A DNA stretch of 32,000 nucleotides from Erysipelotrichaceae bacterium (GCA_963663995.1 OY760660.1:1290001-1322000), one strand, 5' to 3'. Counted from the first letter of the stretch, positions 9,243 through 16,672 are shown. Notes: generated by a model not told the origin, from the letters alone. Numbers and translations: made by a program.

Positions 9243-10699
9243 GGGCGTGCGGACATAAAGTTGGACAAAGAGGAGAAATATGCCAACTTATTCAAAACAA
9301 CAAGTTAAAATAGCTTTAGAACTTTATAGAGAAGAAAGAAGCGCAACACAAGTCGTGAGGAAATTAGGTTATCCCACAAAAGCTACTATTTACCTTTGGT
9401 TAAGTCGTGAAAAAACAAACTCTAATAATCAGATTAAAAATACAGACTCTTATTCATATCTAAAACGGAAAACGATTTCACCAGAACTTAAAATAAAAAT
9501 CATTAAACGATGTTTTGAGGATGGGGAAGATGTTAGATATGTGGCAGAGGAGATGGGAGTTAGTCGACAAAGCATTCATAATTGGCGTAGAATAATTGAA
9601 ACCAAAGGATTAATTGGACTAATGAATAAAGATAAGCAGAAGATTATCAAACCAAATCTCACAGAAAACAAAGAAATAAAACAAGCGAATACAGAAGAAA
9701 TCAATTCACTTTTAAATGAAATCAAATCATTAAAAATGGAAGTAGATCTTCTTAAAGAGGCATTAGATTTAATAAAAAAAGATAAAGGCATTGGTTATCT
9801 AAAACTAAAAAATAGTGAAAAAATCCAGTTAATCAATGCCTTAAAAAAAGAATATCCATTGAAAGATTTACTAGAACGATTGAACATTCCAAAAAGTTCA
9901 TATCATTATCATCTAAAGAAATTAAAAAGTCGTGATAAGTATGAAAATTTGTGTTTAAAAATAAAAGAAATTTATGAATTAAACCGTTGTGTATATGGTT
10001 ATCGAAGAATAAAGATTAGTCTAAACAATCAAGGAGTCATTGTTTCTGAGAAGGTTATACGTCGTCTTATGAAACAGATGGAACTAAACCCAAAGTACAA
10101 AAAGAAAACAAGAAAGTATAGCTCATATCAGGGTGAAATATCAGAAGCTCCAGACAACATTATTAATCGAGATTTCAAATCTGATTATCCAAATCAAAAA
10201 TGGCTCACAGATATAACTGAATTCGCGTTATCAAATGAAAAAGTATACCTCTCTTCAATCGTTGACTGTTTTGATGGGAAGATTATTTCTTGGAATACGA
10301 GCACTCGTCCTGACGCACAACTAGCTAATGAATCACTAATAGATGCATGTAAGACATTAAAGAAGTCTGATAATGTGATACTTCATTCTGATCGTGGTGG
10401 ACACTATCGATGGAGTAACTGGATAAATATCACCAAAGAACACAATATTATTCGATCTATGTCTAAGAAAGGTTGTACGGGTGATAACGCTGCTTGCGAA
10501 GGTGTATTTGGTCATATAAAAAATGAATGTTTTTATGGATTAGATTTTAGAGATTTTAACGCCGAAGAATTTATTGAATATTTAAATAATTATCTAGTGT
10601 GGTTTAATGAAACTAGAATTAAAATAAAATTTGCATGTAGTATTAATGAAAATCGACAAAAATACGGTTATTAAAGTCCAACTTTATGTCCGCACGCCC
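9243..10699 (+). mobile_element. IS3-family (IS150-group) insertion sequence, 1457 bp
   Basis: Perfect 24-bp terminal inverted repeats GGGCGTGCGGACATAAAGTTGGAC lie at 9243-9266 and, reverse-complemented, at 10676-10699. They are flanked by a 3-bp direct repeat TAG (9240-9242 and 10700-10702). The element encodes an HTH + rve (DDE) transposase. Confidence 0.9.
9280..10674 (+). CDS. IS150-group transposase, OrfA-OrfB encoded as one continuous frame
   Basis: 464 aa. It has N-terminal HTH modules, a leucine-zipper-like KSLKMEVDLLKEALDL, and a DDE core: WLTDITEF, HSDRGGHY, DNAACEGVFGHIKNE. An A7 run at 9774-9780 sits where IS150/IS911 carry their frameshift motif. Confidence 0.9.
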   Translation: MPTYSKQQVKIALELYREERSATQVVRKLGYPTKATIYLWLSREKTNSNNQIKNTDSYSYLKRKTISPELKIKIIKRCFEDGEDVRYVAEEMGVSRQSIHNWRRIIETKGLIGLMNKDKQKIIKPNLTENKEIKQANTEEINSLLNEIKSLKMEVDLLKEALDLIKKDKGIGYLKLKNSEKIQLINALKKEYPLKDLLERLNIPKSSYHYHLKKLKSRDKYENLCLKIKEIYELNRCVYGYRRIKISLNNQGVIVSEKVIRRLMKQMELNPKYKKKTRKYSSYQGEISEAPDNIINRDFKSDYPNQKWLTDITEFALSNEKVYLSSIVDCFDGKIISWNTSTRPDAQLANESLIDACKTLKKSDNVILHSDRGGHYRWSNWINITKEHNIIRSMSKKGCTGDNAACEGVFGHIKNECFYGLDFRDFNAEEFIEYLNNYLVWFNETRIKIKFACSINENRQKYGY

Positions 10700-12043
10700 T
10701 AGTGTAAAGAATTTTGTGTAAACTCTAAAGGAATTTACTCGTAAAATGTTTTGTCGAAATGTTTTTCTAATTCGTATTCAGATTTATTGAATCCTTTGTG
10801 GATTCTACTTTGGAACTTTTGATTCATATTCAAGAACAGACTACAGATGAATCTGTCTAAAGATTCTTCATTGGGAAACTGTTCTTTTTTCTTCGTTTGA
10901 CGTTTGAGTTGTTTGTTTAGATTTTCAATCAAGTTAGTTGTGTAAATACTTCTTTGAATGGATTGTGGGAAGTTATAGAAGCTTAGAAGTGATTCAGTAT
11001 TGCTTAGGACTTGAACGGCTTTAGGATAATGTCTTTCATATTTGGTTCTAAAAACTTCTAAATTAATCAAAGCTTCATTCTTTGTTTTAGCTTGATAAAC
11101 ATCCTTCAAATCATTCAACACAATCCCTTTGTCTTTAGCTCTAACTAAATGACCTACGCGTCTTGATAGATGTACCCAACAACTTTGATGTTGAGTTTGT
11201 GGGAATACTTCTAAACAAACATCTCTTAGCCCAGTTAACCCATCACTGACACATATGAGTGCTTCTTCTAATCCTCGTGACTTTAAGTCTTCAAGCATTT
11301 CTCGATAGTTCTCAGAGGATTCTGAAGGATATAGACGATAATCTAGAATCTCTTTGATGCCTTCCTCTGTAATCCCGACAATGATGTGTAAAGCTTCTTT
11401 AGAGACACGATCTCGTCTTACGCTTAAGTAAGTCGCATCCAGATATAAACTGACATATCGAGACTGAATTTGACGGGTATGAAACGCTTCAACTTGATCA
11501 CTTAGAACTTGCGTCATATTCGATATCGTTTGCGGTGTGTAATACATTCCAAACATGCGTTCAATGAGTTCTGATATCTCAGATGTCGTTATCCCACGTT
11601 GATACATCTGAATAATCATGGATTCTAAATCATCGGTGCTTCGCTTATAACTGGGAACTGTGTGCTGCTTGAATTCTCCATTACGATCTCGTGGTATTTC
11701 TACACTGATTTCTCCAAAGCGTGTTTTGAGTTGACGTGTGTAAGTTCCATTTCTTGAGTTACCTGTGTTATAACCAATGGGATCATATTTATCATAGTCT
11801 AGATAACTGGTTAACTCTAACTGTAATAACTCATTAACAGCTTTCTCAAGTTCGATTCGCATCACTTCTTCGATACTTTCACCTTTAAGAAATGCGCTCA
11901 TTAAATCTGTGCTAAAATTTGACATGGGAAGTCTCCTGTAATTGTTTTCTGAACAACTACATTTTACATGAGTGCTTCCCACTCTTTCAAAGAACACCGT
12001 CTCTTCTACTTAGAGACGTTTACACAAAATATTTTATACTCTC
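10700..12043 (-). mobile_element. IS256-family insertion sequence; its outer 5 bp (GGTAG, 9238-9242) are split off by the IS150-like insertion
   Basis: The right IR (12018-12043) reverse-complemented is GAGAGTATAAAATATTTTGTGTAAAC. The reconstructed left IR is GGTAG(9238-9242)+TGTAAAGAATTTTGTGTAAAC(10703-10723), matching at 21 of 26 positions. Both end in TTGTGTAAA, as in IS256. The element is flanked by the 8-bp TSD CATTCATT. Reconstructed length is about 1346 bp. Confidence 0.85.
10735..11925 (-). CDS. IS256-family (Mutator-type) transposase
   Basis: The start is set at the ATG at 11925 (MSNFSTDLMSAFLKG...), which follows CAGGAGA. It has the typical IS256 N-terminus ...LELTSYLDYDKYDPIGYNTGNSRNGTYTRQLKTRFGEISVEIPRDRNGEF and the later DGLTGL...CWVHLSRR core. 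Confidence 0.9.
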   Translation of the reverse strand: MSNFSTDLMSAFLKGESIEEVMRIELEKAVNELLQLELTSYLDYDKYDPIGYNTGNSRNGTYTRQLKTRFGEISVEIPRDRNGEFKQHTVPSYKRSTDDLESMIIQMYQRGITTSEISELIERMFGMYYTPQTISNMTQVLSDQVEAFHTRQIQSRYVSLYLDATYLSVRRDRVSKEALHIIVGITEEGIKEILDYRLYPSESSENYREMLEDLKSRGLEEALICVSDGLTGLRDVCLEVFPQTQHQSCWVHLSRRVGHLVRAKDKGIVLNDLKDVYQAKTKNEALINLEVFRTKYERHYPKAVQVLSNTESLLSFYNFPQSIQRSIYTTNLIENLNKQLKRQTKKKEQFPNEESLDRFICSLFLNMNQKFQSRIHKGFNKSEYELEKHFDKTFYE

Positions 12044-12789
12044 CATTCATTAGCTCATCTCTAAAAAGAGAAACTTTCACTTTTAAACAGAGAAAGATTC
12101 TTAAGTTATCACAAGTTGAAAAGAGTGATGCGCTTATTGTTTATCTACATGGTGGAGCTTATGTTTTTAACATTTCTCAACTTCATTATTTACTAATCAG
12201 TGATATCGTTAAAAAAACAGGCATCTCAGCCTATGTTTTGGATTACCCACTAGCCAGCGATCATACTGGACATAGCGCTTATGAATACGTACTTGCTTTT
12301 CTTAAAACCATATCTGACAAAAAAATATTATTAATCGGTGATTCCGCAGGGGCTGGATTAGCGCTCGCTTGTGCACAAGCACTCAAAGATAAAATCCATC
12401 ATCTTTTTCTACTTAGTCCCATGTTGGATGCCAGTTTAAGCGATGAAAGACAGATTGACTTAGAAAAGATAGATCCACTTCTTAGTATTGTTGGATTGAA
12501 AAATTGTGCGAGACTTTATGCAGGTTCACTGCCTTTAAATGATCCTATTATTAGTCCCATTTATAACACAATGAAAGATCTTAGTCCTGTTAGTGTTTAT
12601 ACAAGTGACTGCGATTTATTGATGATCGATAGTATCAGACTGATTGATCAACTCAAAGAAAATAATAGATCGTATACATTTACATTAGAAAAAGACTTAA
12701 TCCATGACTGGATAATTATGCCTTTTACAAAAGAAGCAAGAGTAAGCAAAGATCAAATTATCCAACAAATCAAAAACTGTCTATCATAG
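12044..12789 (+). pseudogene. 3' body of the interrupted HSL-type esterase/lipase gene (catalytic core intact)
   Basis: It carries the HGGAYVF oxyanion motif, the GDSAGAG nucleophile elbow and a C-terminal DLIHDW His. The track ORF 11968-12789 starts inside the IS256 end, so its first 24 codons are IS-derived. Confidence 0.75.
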
Positions 12790-12915
12790 GCTTACTCGAT
12801 TGATAAAATGGATTATAAATTATCCTTTGTAAGATTTAAGAAATGTATCTCTTTAATATAAACATTCTACAGGCGATGAACTTGCCACAATTCTAATTTA
12901 TAGACATTACTTACC

Positions 12916-14208
12916 TTATTTATGTTTAGGATGTGCTTTTTTCTTAGCCCAATAACTCTTATTTTTTGACTGAGGAGCTTTTGCTTTGTCCTCAGTTTTT
13001 TTATGTTTTGGTTTAGGACTTGCTTCTTTTTTCTTCGGTGAAGAATTTCTTGGCTGTTTCTTAGGTTTTGGTGTTTTATCTTTTAATGGATATTCTTCAT
13101 TCTTCATAACTTGAATTGATTTCTTAATCAATTTTTCAATATCTTTAAGTAAGTCAATATCGTTGAAGTTAACTAAAGAAATCGCTATCCCTGATTTACC
13201 AGCTCTGCCTGTTCTTCCAATTCGGTGAACATAGGTTTCTGGTACTTCAGGTAAATCATAGTTAATCACATAAGATAAGTCATTAATATCAATACCACGT
13301 GATGCAATATCAGTCGCAACAAGTACGGGTGTCATTAAACTCTTGAATTCTTTAAGGGCTAACTGTCTTGCGTTTTGAGACTTATTTCCATGAATTGCTT
13401 TCGCTTTGATGTGATGTTTATTTAAATCACGTACAACACGATCTGAGCCACGTTTAGTACGAGCAAAGACAAGTACAGATTCTTTATGTTTATCTTTTAG
13501 AAAGTCAACAATCCAATCAATTTTGTGAGCGTTGTCAATGTAGACAACATTTTGATCAACGGTATCAATCGTTGATGAAACAGGTGTAATAGAAACACGA
13601 ATTGGATCATGTTGTAGCTCTTCAACAATCTTTATAATTTCTTTTGGCATGGTTGCTGAAAAGAGTAAAGTTTGTTTTTTAGTAGGTAGTAATTTTAATA
13701 CTCGATTAATGTCATGAATAAAGCCCATATCTAACATACGATCAGCTTCATCTAGGGTAAAGATCTCAACATGCGAAAGATCTACAATGCCTTGATTCAC
13801 TAAATCTAATAATCGACCAGGTGTAGCGACTAAGATATCACATGCTCTTTTAATACTATTCACTTGTTTAGATTGATTAACACCCCCAAATATAACAACA
13901 GACTTCAAGTTTAAGTTTTGTCCATATTTTTGAAAACTCTCTTGAATTTGTACAGCTAATTCACGGGTAGGTGTAAGTATCAAAGATCTAATTTTTTTAT
14001 TGTTTGTTTTTGACTCACTTAAGCGTTGTAAAGTAGGTATCGCAAAAGATGCTGTTTTACCAGTACCTGTTTGGGCAAGCCCTAAGATATCTCTACCTTT
14101 TAATGCTTCTGGTATCGTTTGCGCTTGTATAGGAGTCGCTAACTCATAATTCGAAACTTCTAGTGCTTTTAAAATGGGCGCACTAATCCCTAATTGTTTA
14201 AATTCCAT
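12916..14208 (-). CDS. DEAD-box ATP-dependent RNA helicase (RhlE/CshA-like) with a Lys-rich C-terminal tail
   Basis: Motifs present: Q motif ATPIQ, AQTGTGKT, PTRELA, DEAD, SAT, HRIGRTGRAG. The C-terminus is KPKKQPRNSSPKKKEASPKPKHKK. Confidence 0.92.
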   Translation of the reverse strand: MEFKQLGISAPILKALEVSNYELATPIQAQTIPEALKGRDILGLAQTGTGKTASFAIPTLQRLSESKTNNKKIRSLILTPTRELAVQIQESFQKYGQNLNLKSVVIFGGVNQSKQVNSIKRACDILVATPGRLLDLVNQGIVDLSHVEIFTLDEADRMLDMGFIHDINRVLKLLPTKKQTLLFSATMPKEIIKIVEELQHDPIRVSITPVSSTIDTVDQNVVYIDNAHKIDWIVDFLKDKHKESVLVFARTKRGSDRVVRDLNKHHIKAKAIHGNKSQNARQLALKEFKSLMTPVLVATDIASRGIDINDLSYVINYDLPEVPETYVHRIGRTGRAGKSGIAISLVNFNDIDLLKDIEKLIKKSIQVMKNEEYPLKDKTPKPKKQPRNSSPKKKEASPKPKHKKTEDKAKAPQSKNKSYWAKKKAHPKHK

Positions 14209-14404
14209 ATTTTTCCTTTTTTCATGTGAATTCTCTTGATCTTCACAATCAAAAGTAAAGAGTCGTTACAACTCAAATTCATAAATTGAATGATATTTTA
14301 AATGATTCAACTTGCCTATCTTAGTTCATTTAATTGGCTTTGTAAACAAAAAGACTAATTATAATGAATATTACAGCTTGATGAATATATAAAGTGCCGA
14401 TGAT

Positions 14405-14607
14405 TGTGTTCCAGTTGATAGATTGGAAGTGATTCATATTGTATTACTCATTCAAGCAATGATATTAATCACATCAATCGCAGATTGAATCGCTTTTATC
14501 TTAGAAAATAAGACATAACATTAAGTCAAAATAAGAACACTCTATCTTCAATTTCCATTGAGTAGAGTGTTTACAACTTTTGTAACACACTAGGTACTTC
14601 CTATACC
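14405..14607 (+). pseudogene. Decayed copy of the small-toxin module found at 20765-20991
   Basis: It aligns by eye with the reverse complement of 20765-20991: TGTGTTCC, then TTGGAAGTGAT (versus TTGGAGGTGAT), then ATT in place of ATG (14438). The remnant peptide ..IQAMILITSIAD stops at a TGA (14486) and is frameshifted relative to a downstream FYLRK* reading. The hairpin pairs AACACTCTA (14536-14544) with TAGAGTGTT (14563-14571). AACACACTAGGT follows at 14585-14596. Confidence 0.55.
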
Positions 14608-14677
14608 TATTTTGGGATAATATGGCTATTTCTTGTGATTACAGTCATAAATTAACTTAGTTGATGTTCAATCCACT

Positions 14678-14935
14678 TTATTTTTCATAATGACCTAAAC
14701 AACTTTCAATCAATATCTCATCATTATCAATTGTATAAACTAGTCTATTCTTATCATCAATTCTTCTTGAATAAGCTTGTCCGTATTTAAGCCTTTCGGG
14801 TTTTCCTTCACCAATCATTGCTCCATCTCGAACAATTGATAGAATGAGTTTATTAATTTTGAGTAATGTTTTTCTGTCTTGTGTTTGCCAATAAACATAT
14901 TCTGTCCAAGCACGAGTTGAAAATATTAATCTCAT
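14678..14935 (-). CDS. yoeB: YoeB/Txe-family type II toxin (ribosome-dependent mRNA interferase)
   Basis: 85 aa: MRLIFSTRAWTEYVYWQTQDRKTLLKINKLI...GKPERLKY...YSRRIDDKNRLVY...CLGHYEK. This is the classic YoeB pattern. It overlaps the antitoxin gene by 4 nt. Confidence 0.9.
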   Translation of the reverse strand: MRLIFSTRAWTEYVYWQTQDRKTLLKINKLILSIVRDGAMIGEGKPERLKYGQAYSRRIDDKNRLVYTIDNDEILIESCLGHYEK

Positions 14936-15210
14936 TCTTCATTAATAATTAAATCATTAATATTCATCTCAATTCCTCCACCATTATGAAGTTCAACCAT
15001 TCCATGCAAAATTTTATTTTCATATTGTAGGTTATTAATAGTTTTAATCAGTTGTTCGTACTCCGCTTCAGATAATACAACAACATTCTTATCATCATTT
15101 CGTGTCACAATTAATGAAATGTTTTCATTTGTCACTAAGTCTAATTGTTTTTTTATTGATTTTCTAAAGCTTGTAACATTTGTTGCCTTAACATTAGGTA
15201 GTGCTGTCAT
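14932..15210 (-). CDS. yefM: Phd/YefM-family type II antitoxin
   Basis: The start is set at the ATG at 15210, which follows GGAGGCGAT. MTALPNVKATNVTSFRKSIKKQLDLV...IVTRNDDKNVVVLSEAEYEQL is a typical YefM N-domain. Confidence 0.85.
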   Translation of the reverse strand: MTALPNVKATNVTSFRKSIKKQLDLVTNENISLIVTRNDDKNVVVLSEAEYEQLIKTINNLQYENKILHGMVELHNGGGIEMNINDLIINEE

Positions 15211-15221
15211 ATCGCCTCCAC

Positions 15222-15258
15222 TGTACGTTTTTGTGTACTTTATCATGTACATATTATA
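15222..15258 (-). promoter_or_regulatory. yefM-yoeB promoter -10 box plus three phased GTACA operator hexamers
   Basis: The minus strand reads TATAAT (15258-15253), then TGTACA (15251-15246), AGTACA (15239-15234) and CGTACA (15227-15222). The hexamer starts are exactly 12 bp apart, just upstream of the SD. Confidence 0.6.
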
Positions 15259-15350
15259 AAACTATCTTTTAACAAATAAAAGTAATTCAATGCCTTTCCA
15301 TATTATTATTCGTATTAAAAGACGTTATTCCTAAAAACAACGATTAATCA

Positions 15351-15389
15351 ATCCAGTGTTTCGGCGCACTTTCATCCAGTGTTTCGGCG
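15351..15389. repeat. Tandem direct repeat, 2 x 16 bp (ATCCAGTGTTTCGGCG), 23-bp period
   Basis: Identical copies lie at 15351-15366 and 15374-15389, separated by CACTTTC. They are locally GC-rich within AT-rich intergenic DNA between the rluF stop and the yefM promoter. Confidence 0.8.
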
Positions 15390-15417
15390 ATTATATTTGA
15401 TTAAAGCAACTAAGAAT

Positions 15418-16125
15418 CTAGCCTAGTTGCTTGTTCAATGTTTCATATTCACTATCCGTTAATAATCGATATTCACCTTTTTTAATCCCTTTAAGATGAA
15501 TATTCATAATACGAACTCTAACAAGTCTTCTGACTTTAAAGCCACAGGCTTGAACCATACGCCGTATCTGACGATTATAGCCTTGAGTTAAAATAATCGA
15601 AAATGATCTATCATCAATTCTTTTAACTGTACATGCTTTAGTTATAACTTTAGTATCTTGAACGGGGTTATAGATTTCAACTCCTTCACTCATCAATTTA
15701 AGGAACTTATTGTCGTAGTGTCTGTTTATTGTTACGACATACTCTTTTTCATGATTATTCTCAGCCCTAAGAATCTTATTAACGGATTGTCCATCGTTTG
15801 TTAAAAGGATTAACCCTTCAGAGTCTTTATCTAATCGACCAATCGGAAAAATTCGTTCTTTATAATGTATCGCATCAATAATATTACTTTTATCTTTTTT
15901 GTCTGTTGTGGAAGTTATCCCAATCGGTTTGTTATAAGCAATGGTTATATATTTAGTTTTTGATTGAATGAGTTTATCATCTACTCTCACTTGATCACTC
16001 TCTTCCACTTGTTGTCCTAAAGTAGCTACTACCCCATTAATAAAAACTCTTCCATCTTTAATATATTGATCAGCTTCACGTCTTGAACAGAAGCCACTAT
16101 CTGAAATGTAATTATTTATTCTCAT
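15418..16125 (-). CDS. rluF: RsuA/RluF-family rRNA pseudouridine synthase with an N-terminal S4 domain
   Basis: The S4 domain is MRINNYISDSGFCSRREADQYIKDGRVFINGV. The catalytic motif is GRLDKDSEGLILLTNDG. GYNRQIRRM is also present. The symbol is a best guess within the family. Confidence 0.8.
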   Translation of the reverse strand: MRINNYISDSGFCSRREADQYIKDGRVFINGVVATLGQQVEESDQVRVDDKLIQSKTKYITIAYNKPIGITSTTDKKDKSNIIDAIHYKERIFPIGRLDKDSEGLILLTNDGQSVNKILRAENNHEKEYVVTINRHYDNKFLKLMSEGVEIYNPVQDTKVITKACTVKRIDDRSFSIILTQGYNRQIRRMVQACGFKVRRLVRVRIMNIHLKGIKKGEYRLLTDSEYETLNKQLG

Positions 16126-16136
16126 TTTTCAACTTT

Positions 16137-16328
16137 CTATTTGAATAAATTACTGTGAGTACCTGTCCGATATAAATACAAAGTGTTATTCATTATTTTA
16201 TAAATCAATAACCAATCTGATTTAATATGGCACTCTCTGTAACTATTAAAGTTTCCTATCAATAAATGATCCATATATTTCTCATCTAGTATCTCTTGAT
16301 TCACTAGTTTTTCTATAACTTTTTCCAA
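16137..16328 (-). CDS. yafQ: YafQ-family type II toxin. The track ORF starts at an internal TTG; homology continues upstream to 16403, where no canonical start codon exists
   Basis: The C-terminus ...RECHIKSDWLLIYKI..LYLYRTGTHSNLFK matches the paralog at 31501-31767 (..FECHIKPNWLLIFRL..LILIRTGTHSDLFK). The same frame stays open upstream (LNIEISKKYRKDLKNILKRNLSVIDL) but contains no ATG, GTG or TTG. Confidence 0.6.
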   Translation of the reverse strand: MEKVIEKLVNQEILDEKYMDHLLIGNFNSYRECHIKSDWLLIYKIMNNTLYLYRTGTHSNLFK

Positions 16329-16414
16329 ATCAATAACACTCAGATTTCTCTTTAAAATATTTTTTAGATCTTTCCTATATTTTTTTGATATTTCAATATT
16401 TAAAGTGATTACAC

Positions 16415-16672
16415 CTATAAACTACGATGTAATTTCTTTAACTCCTCAAAAGTCATCTCTTGACCTTCTCCATTTTCAATTTCGGCAATCGCTTCTAATG
16501 TTTCTTTATTAAATTTTCTTAGTTTAACTTCAAATGGTAGTCCTTGATGTATTTGAACTTGCTTAAAAAATAATTTCACTGCTTGAGTCGTTGATAAGCC
16601 TAGTTCATTAAATATAGCTTCAACCTCTTTTTTATCAGCCTCACTGATTCTAACTTGAATATTTTGACTCAT
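16415..16672 (-). CDS. dinJ: RelB/DinJ-family type II antitoxin
   Basis: The start is set at the ATG at 16672, which follows AGAGGT. MSQNIQVRISEADKKEVEAIFNELGLSTTQAVKLFFKQVQIHQGLPFEV shows the ribbon-helix-helix DinJ pattern. The track's longer ORF (to 16759) overlaps the upstream gene. Confidence 0.85.
   Translation of the reverse strand: MSQNIQVRISEADKKEVEAIFNELGLSTTQAVKLFFKQVQIHQGLPFEVKLRKFNKETLEAIAEIENGEGQEMTFEELKKLHRSL

Noticed and set aside
9238-12043. IS150-like plus IS256-like as a composite transposon
   Set aside because: The two elements belong to different families and enclose no cargo. The TSD pattern shows a nested insertion: TAG around the inner IS, CATTCATT around the outer one. 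A unit mobilised by paired ends would not give this pattern.
15351-15389. CRISPR-like or minisatellite array
   Set aside because: There are only two repeat units with a 7-bp spacer. No further copies or cas genes occur in the window.
16401-16420. Possible DinJ-YafQ fusion by read-through of the dinJ TAG stop
   Set aside because: Careful framing shows the codons after the TAG are GTG TAA in the dinJ frame. The toxin homology is in a different frame, so read-through cannot join them.
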